A DNA stretch of 32,049 bases, taken from Limisphaerales bacterium (lineage in GTDB: Bacteria; Verrucomicrobiota; Verrucomicrobiia; Limisphaerales; JAJOIW01). Position numbers and translations under genes: made by a program. The DNA lies in assembly GCA_965657355.1 (NCBI GenBank), contig CBFHOE010000003.1, positions 245,520 to 277,568 on the forward strand, in the 5' to 3' direction. Below are positions 19,766 to 27,823 of the stretch, piece by piece (within the stretch, counting starts at the first letter, position 1; each line of letters begins with the position of its first letter). Under the pieces are notes generated by a model. The model was not told the DNA's origin and made no database searches. It saw nothing but the letters and a program-made list of their open reading frames with translations.

Positions 19766-20512
19766 CTAGACGCAACCATTGGTTTTAGAAGTCCATTGGT
19801 ATAGGAAATTATCGAAGGAAACGACCAAAGTCGGTTCACTCGATTTAATGAGCTGATCTTTGATAGGGACACTTCCCCGAGTCGTCCATGTCTTATTCAA
19901 ATGTGGTCGCCATAAGAAATTTAAAATATCTACGTTCATCTCAGGATGAAACTGCAGACCTAATATCATGTTTTTCCATTTAAATGCTTCAATAGGGCAG
20001 ATACGACTCTCAGCTAATACTTCCAAGTCATTTGGTAACTCTTTCACATGCTCCAAGTGTGAGGTCAGCCAATTAGTTTTGGCGAATCCATGAAAACCGC
20101 TCGCAATTAAAAATTTGTCCTTCTGGCCTAAAGGTTTGAGATTGACGTTTCCAACGCGCGGGCCAGATTTTAATTTTTCAACCTTTCCTCCAAAAACCGA
20201 CGCAATAAGTTGATGCCCATAACATATCCCAATGAGTTTCTTTTCGTTTTCAATGCACCAAGTCACCCATTTTTCCATCTCTTGAGTGGCATAATCATTT
20301 TTCGTCACACTGCGAATGGACCCCGAAAGAATGCAAAGGTCGAAATTTTTTGTCTTCCAGTGCTCTTTTTTCTGCGCCCAATGGACGTATTGGCATTTAA
20401 AAGCGGGGTTTCGACCAAGCCCCGCGCGGAACCACGCTCCCCGAGCCGCATACGGGTGGGCTCGATCGTAAGGCTTACCCCAGTCCATAGTGTCGACAAT
20501 CAAAATTGACAT
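19766..20512 (-). CDS. Class I glutamine amidotransferase (standalone, GuaA-N-like)
   Basis: ILSGS, nucleophile elbow GICYGHQLIA, GLQFHPE His-Glu. ATG at 20512 (MSILIVDT) preferred because the longer call overlaps the divergent gene. Confidence 0.85.
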   Translation of the reverse strand: MSILIVDTMDWGKPYDRAHPYAARGAWFRAGLGRNPAFKCQYVHWAQKKEHWKTKNFDLCILSGSIRSVTKNDYATQEMEKWVTWCIENEKKLIGICYGHQLIASVFGGKVEKLKSGPRVGNVNLKPLGQKDKFLIASGFHGFAKTNWLTSHLEHVKELPNDLEVLAESRICPIEAFKWKNMILGLQFHPEMNVDILNFLWRPHLNKTWTTRGSVPIKDQLIKSSEPTLVVSFDNFLYQWTSKTNGCV

Positions 20513-20628
20513 TACTTTTCCCCAATGGTCATTTTTTTGATGCATGAAAATCGCGCCTTTAATTCGGTCTTTGTGTTTGATAAAAATGCCCTGCGTATCA
20601 AATTTATTCCAGATATTCAGAATCGGAA

Positions 20629-21879
20629 ATGGTTTTAGAAAAATCAAAAATACTTTGTGGCCTCGGTGTCCACTACCGGAAATCTAAACTCGGCAGAACA
20701 GGTGAAGCCGCAAAGGATTTCAGTATTCATTTTGGTAAACTCATTGAAGACGTCTCAATTACGCGTTCCAGCGAGACAGAAAATGCCATTAATGAACTTC
20801 TTGCCGTCGAGAGGTTGGGGGGGCTCACCCTGGATCGTGACCAAAAAGATTTTTCGTCAATTATTCAAATTCGCGTTTCTCGTATACAGGAGAATGAGCT
20901 TTTTAAAGCGATCGGCGAACTATCTCCGAAACAGGAGCGCATGGCTCTTTCAGAATTATTCGGAAGTTATATCAATGCCCCTGTACCAGATGCTTATCGC
21001 GGAGCTTGGAATTTCTGGTGCCAAATTCACTCACAAAATGCCCTTAAAGGTAAGGCGCTTGCTGCTTTCAATAAGGATAAACCAGAGGAAATCAAAGAGA
21101 TCCTTGAACTTATTGTCAAACTCTTCAAGTGGCCGCATGCCAGCCAAATATCTCTTGTAAGCGGTGTCTTGTGCGGAGATACCACTCGTATACACAAAAT
21201 TTACCCGAGGTTAATAAAAGTTCTCAACACCTTCACCGATGGAAGTATTACCGGCCTCCAAGATTTTGGAATAATCCTTGAATCGTGCCATTGTCATTTC
21301 CACGGGAGAATTAGGCTCCACATAAATCGTACTATTGTTGATTTCTCTGGATTTCGTTCCGGTATAAAAATTGAGGACATTGACATTCACAGTCTTATCG
21401 ATGTTGATGTCAGCTCTCCTCGTTGTGTTGTTGTCCAAAAAGAAGCAGCCTTTTACGAGTTAGTCAAATTGAATTGCGGCGACCTTTTAGTCCGGTCAGA
21501 TTACCCTAACGAGCCAACAGTGAAGTTCCTTCAAGCACTGCCAGATTCTCTTGATTTTTGGTTTTTCGGTAACTCTGATGCAATTGGGTTTGATGTCTTA
21601 CGTGAGTTGAGAAAATTGACTGGAAAATCGTTCAAGCCTCTGCATATGAATTTCAGGTCTGGGTCCGGCCATGACAACAATCAGCTCCTTCAAACCGAAC
21701 GAAAACTCTTGGAAGCTCTCCTCCAAGCGCCCGAAGTGCAAGACATGAAACCATGGATTCAGGATATTCTTGAAAATAATTCCAATGGCAATTACGAGCA
21801 AGAGACTCTCGGCGTCCCGACCTTAGACTGGTTCCCTTATTTCGAGTCAAATCGTCCGAACACAATTGAAGCTCACTAA
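20629..21879 (+). CDS. jetD: Wadjet JetD-like (DUF2220/Topo VI-A-type Toprim) protein, orphan, with degenerate catalytic motifs
   Basis: JetD-like layout: LCGDTTRI, LQDFGI, HFHG, RCVVVQKEAAFYEL (canonical V-E-N), WFFGNSDAIGFDVL (canonical G-D-x-D-x-x-G), C-terminal YEQE. Recognised by motif recall, not by an HMM. Confidence 0.72.
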   Translation: MVLEKSKILCGLGVHYRKSKLGRTGEAAKDFSIHFGKLIEDVSITRSSETENAINELLAVERLGGLTLDRDQKDFSSIIQIRVSRIQENELFKAIGELSPKQERMALSELFGSYINAPVPDAYRGAWNFWCQIHSQNALKGKALAAFNKDKPEEIKEILELIVKLFKWPHASQISLVSGVLCGDTTRIHKIYPRLIKVLNTFTDGSITGLQDFGIILESCHCHFHGRIRLHINRTIVDFSGFRSGIKIEDIDIHSLIDVDVSSPRCVVVQKEAAFYELVKLNCGDLLVRSDYPNEPTVKFLQALPDSLDFWFFGNSDAIGFDVLRELRKLTGKSFKPLHMNFRSGSGHDNNQLLQTERKLLEALLQAPEVQDMKPWIQDILENNSNGNYEQETLGVPTLDWFPYFESNRPNTIEAH

Positions 21880-21932
21880 TTTCACATTCATTTTTGAATG
21901 GCTTAATTTTAATTTTTGCATAAATTACGAAG

Positions 21933-22613
21933 ATGCCTCACCACAAACCGACTGCTTTTTACTTTGTTGTCAGCCTGATTTTTACGATAGCTGGGATTCA
22001 AACTAACGCCATCGCCCAAAGCTACAAAAGAAGCGATTACGAAATTCGCCAGGACGAGGTTAAAAAGCCTATGGTTTTGCGCTCCTTCATCGTTGGTGGT
22101 CCGGCCAGAGCCATTTCTGTTGGGACTCCTGAGGGTATCCACTACTGTTTTGATGCTTCCAATCCCAGGGTCGTATCCGCGTGGTCCGGAGATTTCCTGG
22201 ATATTGGCCCCGATCGTGGCTATGGCAAAGGAAGAGGCGGGAAGCACGCTAAAGTTCTCGGAAAAAAATTTGATATCGGCGATGCCGGTTTTCCCTTTTT
22301 GATCAATGGATCGAAGCCAACCAAAATAGAATTCCTTGGTTACCGCACAAAACCATATCCAGAATTTTATTACTCTATTAACGATTCCATAAAAATTTCT
22401 CAACTTATCAAACCCGATAAAAAATCCCATGGTCTTGAATACCATTTCTCAATCTCCGGGGCTTCTCAAAGCCTCAACTTTAAACTCGATGATTCGCAAG
22501 TTGTCGTCTCTTCGAATAAAGGGAATTACAAAGGCGGCCTGGTCACATTGACCCCTGCTGAATCGACCAAATTTACTATCTCTGTTCATCCTAAAGTTTC
22601 TAAACCTGAATAA
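21933..22613 (+). CDS. Secreted hypothetical protein resembling accessory domains of large PVC/Bacteroidota secreted multidomain proteins
   Basis: Signal peptide (AIA-Q); motif RAISVGTPEGIHYCFD...AWSGDFLD; 33 bp upstream of the beta-propeller gene. Confidence 0.6.
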   Translation: MPHHKPTAFYFVVSLIFTIAGIQTNAIAQSYKRSDYEIRQDEVKKPMVLRSFIVGGPARAISVGTPEGIHYCFDASNPRVVSAWSGDFLDIGPDRGYGKGRGGKHAKVLGKKFDIGDAGFPFLINGSKPTKIEFLGYRTKPYPEFYYSINDSIKISQLIKPDKKSHGLEYHFSISGASQSLNFKLDDSQVVVSSNKGNYKGGLVTLTPAESTKFTISVHPKVSKPE

Positions 22614-22646
22614 AAACGCCACATAAAACCTTCCGAACTAGTCATT

Positions 22647-24134
22647 ATGAAATTTGTAAAAACCGCGTTAATTGGATGTCTCACTTTCGGTCTCTCCTGG
22701 GTCGCTTTCGGGCAGGGCCTTGATTGGAATAAGCTCCCTGCTGGATATAAGGTTGAAAAAATTGCCACTCCTGAAGGAGTGGTCCTCGGTGCTAGTGCTC
22801 TGGCAATTAACAAAAATGATGAAGTTTTTCTTTGCAGCCGGGAAGGGCAAGTTTGGAGATATAAAGAAGATCAATGGTTGCTTGTTGCTGAAGGGCTTCA
22901 CGAGCCACTCGGTATCCTCGTGAACGAGAAAAAAGGTTCCCTCATTGTAGTCCAAAGGCCTGAAATGACTGAGCTCGTCGATGAAGATGGAGATGGAAAA
23001 ACTGATTTTTTCAGAACCATAAACGACGATTGGGGACTAACTGACAATTATCACGAATACGCATTCGGATTGGTTAAGGACAAAGATGGCAATTTGTACG
23101 GCACGCTCAATACCTCTCTGAGTTGGCCTGGGTGGGCTGGCAGCGACAGGTGGGACATTGGTCGTGTTCATGACTCAAAAATGGGTCGAGCCGCCCCTTA
23201 CCGTGGATGGTCTTTTAGAATCACTCCAGAAGGGAAGTTTGAACCTTGGTCGTCTGGACTAAGGTCACCGGCAGGCGTCGGTATTAATGCTAAAGGAGAT
23301 ATTTTTTACACGGACAATCAGGGGGACTGGAATGCCACATCTTCCCTACATCATGTGGTCAAGGGACGCTTCCATGGACATCCAAGTTCATTGATGGACC
23401 ACCCCGACTTCAAAAATAAAGACCTGAATTCTATTTCAATCAAAGATTATGAAAAAATTTGGACTCGTCCTGCTGTATGGTTACCTCATGGCCAACTGTC
23501 AAATAGCCCTGGCGAACCAACATTTGACAATACCGGTGGAAAATTTGGCCCTTTTAAAGGCCAGGCATTTGTGGGGGACCAAACGATGTCAAACCTAATG
23601 AGGGTTTCCATGCAGAAGGTCAAAGGAGAATATCAAGGCGCTGTATGGAATTTTATCCGCCCACTCGAATGTGGTGTCATACGTCAGGTTTTCGATTCCA
23701 AAGGAAGACTATACATAGGCCAGACAGGAAGAGGCTGGGGCTCCGCTGGAAAAGAACTCTTTGGATTTCGGAGAATTTCCTGGGATGGAAAGACGACGCC
23801 ATTTGAAATGAAAACAATTCGGCTCACTAAAAAGGGATTTAGAATAGTGTTCACTCAACCAGTTGCGAGGGAAGCATTCGAAAACCCTGAGAACGTTCAA
23901 ATTGAAAGCTGGAAATACAAATACCATGCTGATTATGGCTCTCCTCAAGTCGATAAAAAACAGCTCCCCATCGATATTAAGTTTTCCAAAAATAATCCGG
24001 CGGTGGTGAACATTTCACTACCTTTGGAGACGGAAAGAGTCTACAAATTCACTTTCAAAAATACTAAATCACAAACCGATATGCCTCTTACCAATAATAT
24101 TGGTTTTTATACTTTGAATAATCTTGTTGAGTAG
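22647..24134 (+). CDS. Secreted beta-propeller protein of the glucose/sorbosone dehydrogenase-like (DUF7133-like) group
   Basis: Signal peptide; GLHEPLG, DEDGDGKTD, YHEYAFG, GLRSPAG, YTDNQGDW, FGPFKGQAFVGD, RGWGS motifs. Confidence 0.75.
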   Translation: MKFVKTALIGCLTFGLSWVAFGQGLDWNKLPAGYKVEKIATPEGVVLGASALAINKNDEVFLCSREGQVWRYKEDQWLLVAEGLHEPLGILVNEKKGSLIVVQRPEMTELVDEDGDGKTDFFRTINDDWGLTDNYHEYAFGLVKDKDGNLYGTLNTSLSWPGWAGSDRWDIGRVHDSKMGRAAPYRGWSFRITPEGKFEPWSSGLRSPAGVGINAKGDIFYTDNQGDWNATSSLHHVVKGRFHGHPSSLMDHPDFKNKDLNSISIKDYEKIWTRPAVWLPHGQLSNSPGEPTFDNTGGKFGPFKGQAFVGDQTMSNLMRVSMQKVKGEYQGAVWNFIRPLECGVIRQVFDSKGRLYIGQTGRGWGSAGKELFGFRRISWDGKTTPFEMKTIRLTKKGFRIVFTQPVAREAFENPENVQIESWKYKYHADYGSPQVDKKQLPIDIKFSKNNPAVVNISLPLETERVYKFTFKNTKSQTDMPLTNNIGFYTLNNLVE

Positions 24135-24221
24135 AATCCGAGAAGTTCACAAAAATCGGCCTATTTGTTGAGGTGAATATAAAGCCTTGGTTATCTATTT
24201 CTATTTATCTTTATCTATAGA

Positions 24222-25205
24222 CTACCCGCCTGCATTCCGAAATGAATGCAGGTCTCTTATTCCAGTGCCGCTCATGCTATGTGCCACTTTCCCTCTCTTT
24301 TTCCCGAGCCATTGGTGGCGATGCTCGAAATATTCCTTTAAATAATCAGCGCTTCCGATAGCTAGCCCTTCGCTAAAATATCTAATTTTCATCTTCAGTG
24401 CTTTTTTTACACTCAACACCCCCTTGCGCTCTCTCTCCGCCATGACTTCCTCAGGAGTAAAACTTTTCTTGCCCTCCCGTTGTTCACCCCCCACTTCGTA
24501 CAAATATACTCGATATCGATGGAGTGCCTCTTGCCATTCGTTTATGCCCGTTCTTCCTGCGCATAACTGCATAATGCCTTTTCTGGCTTTCTTTCCTCCT
24601 GCTATCGCTTCTGCGTAGGAACTCCATCGATATTCGCTGGGGTCCCGAACCATTCCAGCACGTATTGGGTTCAATTCAATATAAGCTGCTGTTCGCATTA
24701 AAGCGTTTTCGCGACCTTCTATGGAGACACTTTTAAAGCGTTCCTCCCACAATGTTCCCTTCCTGTCTAATTTACGATTATACCAGCTACTAAATTTCTG
24801 TTTTATGTCTCTGACAAAGCTAGAAAGGTTATACATTCTCTGACGCAACTGGTCATAAAGTTCTTTCTCATACCTGATATTCCCGAAGTTTTTGTGGCGT
24901 TCGATCATTATATCCATCTGAGCAATTTTCTTTTTAGAGTAGATATTTTTCATCCTGCGGCGCACTTCCTCATCAGAGATTTCATCTGGCTTGACTGGCA
25001 AATGAATTAGAAGATGAAAATGGTTCCCCATGAGGCAATAAGACAGGACTTCCAGGCCAGTAAAGGCTTCGTGTTTTCGAATAAGCCTCAGTAAATACTC
25101 ATTTTCATTATCTTCCATGATGATCCGTCTATCCACAACCCTACTGATCACATGAAAACATTGGGCTCGGTTTTTTGAGATCTGAACATTCCTTGGTACT
25201 CGCAT
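24222..25205 (-). mobile_element. rayT: REP-associated tyrosine transposase (RAYT, Y1 HUH, IS200/IS605 superfamily)
   Basis: FHVISR, YCLMGNHFHLL (HUH), YNRK...GTLWEERFKS, AYIELNPIRAGMV (catalytic Tyr), YRWSSY. Start reassigned to ATG 25205 (MRVPR). Confidence 0.88.
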
Positions 25206-25215
25206 ATTCGTCGTG

Positions 25216-25243
25216 ATTTTAAAAAACAATGGAACTATGTCAA
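25216..25243 (-). promoter_or_regulatory. Sigma70-type promoter of rayT
   Basis: Minus strand TTGACA (25243-25238), 16-nt spacer, TAAAAT (25221-25216); ATG begins 11 nt after the -10 box. Confidence 0.65.
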
Positions 25244-25271
25244 TAAATAAGTACCTGGTACTCTGTTTATT
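25242..25271. repeat. Palindrome (REP-like) abutting the rayT -35 box
   Basis: AATAAA-TA-AGTACC-T-GGTACT-CTG-TTTATT: perfect AGTACC/GGTACT core with AATAAA/TTTATT outer arms. Confidence 0.5.
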
Positions 25272-25283
25272 TTTAAGAAACTA

Positions 25284-26273
25284 CTAAACGTATTTTCTTG
25301 CTCTTATGTCCTCAAGTATGGCGTAGAGGTCTGGGATGGAATCGATGTTGTGTATGTTTCTGGCTTGTGATTTGGATTTGACCGAAGCGTAAGCATATGC
25401 GCTTTTTCCACCAAGAATGATGCAGGTTGAGGGCGGAAGGTAATCGTGCAGGCGCCCAATTTCATCAGGCAGCTTTGGGTCGTCAGCCGGGTATACAATA
25501 CTCAACGCAACTGCTTTTGCGGAGATTTGAGTGGCCGCACCAGCAATTTCTTCAGCATTGATGTTTGATCCGAGGTATTTGCAGTTCCAACCAACAGACG
25601 AACCTGCAGCATAAACCATGGCAGCGCCTAGCTCGTGGAGCTGACCACTTGGAGTTGCTATAATCAATTTGGGCGCCAACGGGTCAGTGACGTATGGGCG
25701 ACCAATTTCGCATAAAAATTGTCTGATTATTGCTGATGAGAAATGTTCATGGGCAACTTTTAGATTTCCTCCCAGCCACTGTTCTCCAATTGTTTTGGCC
25801 AAGGGACCAATAACCTTTTCAATGAGCCCTTGATGTCCAAATTGCACAGCACCTGCTCTTAGGTTGTTGACAAGCGCCACTTCATCCAGTTCTTTCGTTG
25901 CGACAAGACATTTAGAGACCACTTCACTTGGTGTTAATGGTTTTGTGAAAGTGTTAGGATTGAATTGCTGATTCTTTTCGACTTGCTGGTCCTCATGGAT
26001 GAGTTCCTTGAGTTCGGCGTATGACATCTTTGCTAGCTGCCCGATTCTGTGCCCGCGCTCAGAAGCCAACCTCATATATGTGAGGCGTTGAATATCTTCG
26101 TCGTTGTAAAGTCTTCTGTTGGATCCTGTTCTTTTTGGGGTTACGGCTCCATACCTTTTCTCCCATATCCGCAATACATGAGCCGATAACCCAGTGCGGA
26201 TAGACACAACCTTGATAGGGTGCAGGTTATCCTCTGCCGGTCCAACGCTTATCTCCGAAGATCTCACATTCAT
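25284..26273 (-). CDS. carH: CarH/LitR-type MerR-family adenosylcobalamin-binding photoreceptor/transcriptional regulator
   Basis: MerR HTH with LRIWEKRYG and RRLY; W-x9-EH motif (WLGGNLKVAHEH); B12-binding QLHELG followed by YLG and VALS...GG Rossmann elements. Confidence 0.88.
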   Translation of the reverse strand: MNVRSSEISVGPAEDNLHPIKVVSIRTGLSAHVLRIWEKRYGAVTPKRTGSNRRLYNDEDIQRLTYMRLASERGHRIGQLAKMSYAELKELIHEDQQVEKNQQFNPNTFTKPLTPSEVVSKCLVATKELDEVALVNNLRAGAVQFGHQGLIEKVIGPLAKTIGEQWLGGNLKVAHEHFSSAIIRQFLCEIGRPYVTDPLAPKLIIATPSGQLHELGAAMVYAAGSSVGWNCKYLGSNINAEEIAGAATQISAKAVALSIVYPADDPKLPDEIGRLHDYLPPSTCIILGGKSAYAYASVKSKSQARNIHNIDSIPDLYAILEDIRARKYV

Positions 26274-26299
26274 ACTCTGTTTAATAGTATTCCAGTGTA

Positions 26300-26444
26300 T
26301 TGTCTAAATGTCTAATAAAAAAATAGACAAAAAACATTTGAAAACTAAACAGACTTGTATATTTTAGACAAACAAGACTCGATGTAGAGATTATGAGGAA
26401 AAAATTTAGACAACTACATATTTTTTTTGAACAAAACCTAGATC
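26300..26444. promoter_or_regulatory. Candidate CarH operator array in the divergent carH-sigma intergenic region
   Basis: TGTCTA at 26301 and 26309; TAGACA at 26324, 26365 and 26407; TAAACA at 26346; TGAACA at 26428. All fit the TnnACA core of characterised CarH operators. Confidence 0.6.
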
Positions 26445-26501
26445 CATACGTCTAAGTATTAAATTTAAGCGAATATTCACTCTGAAATATTAGAATTAAT
26501 T

Positions 26502-27566
26502 ATGAATGCCACTCGGTCAACAACAGGAAATAGGGTCGTCAATCCCGGCAAAAGCCGCAGAAGCGAATCTTCCAAAAATGAAATCAAAGAATCATCGACG
26601 CTGGACGGGAAGATACTGCTTGCAGATGAACTCCCTGAGAAAGTTCAACTCCGAGTTGAGTCTCCTAAACAAACCAGGAAATCAGCCCCTATTCCAAGCA
26701 TTAATGAAACAGGAAGCTCCTTAGGGCGATACATGCATGAAATAGGTCAAGTCGACCTTCTCAAGCCGGAAGAGGAGAGAGAGCTTGCTGCATTGATTCA
26801 CGCAGGTGACGAATCAGCCCGCGAAAAAATGATCACTGCAAACTTGAGACTGGTCGTCAAGATTGCTAAAGAATACGAAGGATTTGGCCTTCCATTACAA
26901 GACCTCATAAACGAGGGCAATATAGGCCTTATGAAAGCTGTTGAAAGATTTGATCCTAGCAAAGGAAGCAAACTATCTACATACGCTTCCTGGTGGATCA
27001 AACAGGCTGTCAAAAGGGCTCTTGGCAACCAAAGCAAAACAATTCGTTTGCCGCTACATTTGGTGGACCGGCTTTCAAGGATGCGAAAAATTGCTAAAAA
27101 ATATTTCGAGGAATTTAAAAGGGAACCTACAGATGAGGAACTATCAGACGAGCTTGAAATAGCATTGCCGAGAGTGAGATTGTTGAGACGAGCCAGCATG
27201 CGTCCTCTTTCATTGGAAACACCCATTGGGGATGATGAAAGCAGCAGCATAAGCGACATTGTCCCGGATGAAAAAGCTATCAATCCGTACGATCAGCTCG
27301 AAGACAAAGCGCTCAAAGGCTTACTACCAGGTTTGATGCAAACGCTGACATTCCGCGAAGCAGAAATTCTTAAGAGAAGATTTGGGTTGGACGGGAATCC
27401 GGGAATGACACTTGAGGAGGTTGGTGAGCTTTTCGGGGTTACTCGTGAAAGGATCCGGCAGCTTCAAAACGCAGCCCTCAAAAAACTAAGAACCAAAATT
27501 GAGCAGGATCAAGACGTCAATGATTTGGAATTTGATGAAATCCCCCTATTTGCCCAAGCCAGTTAA
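26502..27566 (+). CDS. RNA polymerase sigma-70 factor, RpoD/RpoS-like (regions 1.2-4, no recognisable region 1.1)
   Basis: YMHEIGQVDLL (1.2), ANLRLVVKIAKEY, DLINEGNIGLMKAVERFD, STYASWWIKQ, KTIRLP, TLEEVGELFGVTRERIRQ (4.2). Confidence 0.93.
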   Translation: MNATRSTTGNRVVNPGKSRRSESSKNEIKESSTLDGKILLADELPEKVQLRVESPKQTRKSAPIPSINETGSSLGRYMHEIGQVDLLKPEEERELAALIHAGDESAREKMITANLRLVVKIAKEYEGFGLPLQDLINEGNIGLMKAVERFDPSKGSKLSTYASWWIKQAVKRALGNQSKTIRLPLHLVDRLSRMRKIAKKYFEEFKREPTDEELSDELEIALPRVRLLRRASMRPLSLETPIGDDESSSISDIVPDEKAINPYDQLEDKALKGLLPGLMQTLTFREAEILKRRFGLDGNPGMTLEEVGELFGVTRERIRQLQNAALKKLRTKIEQDQDVNDLEFDEIPLFAQAS

Positions 27567-27604
27567 TACTTAATCACTTTTACAACACTACTCAACAAGC
27601 TCTG

Positions 27605-27637
27605 AGCCAATGGTCCTTGAGACACATTGGCTTTTTT
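27605..27637 (+). terminator. Intrinsic terminator after the sigma factor gene
   Basis: AGCCAATG (27605-27612) pairs with CATTGGCT (27625-27632), followed by TTTTT. Confidence 0.75.
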
Positions 27638-27823
27638 GATCTCATGAGTGTGCGTTTAAAAACACACCACTTTTAGAATTAAAAAATGGTTGTGTCTTTT
27701 GTTAAATCATTGTTAATATGGCGTGACCCCAAACAGTCTATCTTAGATAGCTGTCCGTATTATCGGATGGGTTTCTGTATTACAATTTACTGTTATACAT
27801 AACAAAAATAACTAATAAACCTG

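Noticed and set aside
20513-20647. 45-aa N-terminal extension of the amidotransferase ORF
   Set aside because: It overlaps the divergent jetD-like start; the GATase fold begins at MSILIVDT (20512).
20657-21160. 167-aa alternate-frame ORF inside the jetD-like gene
   Set aside because: No recognisable motifs and no frameshift evidence; the main frame is continuous.
21909-22445. 178-aa antisense ORF
   Set aside because: Overlaps a better-supported signal-peptide gene on the + strand.
24190-24221. TTATCTATTTCTATTTATCTTTATCTATAG low-complexity tract at the rayT 3' end
   Set aside because: Degenerate AT-rich microrepeat with no hairpin and no match to the upstream palindrome; cannot be called an element end.
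26274-26501. Cobalamin riboswitch near the B12-binding regulator
   Set aside because: The region is very AT-rich and lacks the B12-box and conserved stems.
26502-27566. Calling the sigma factor rpoD or rpoS
   Set aside because: No recognisable region 1.1, and orthology cannot be settled without a phylogeny.
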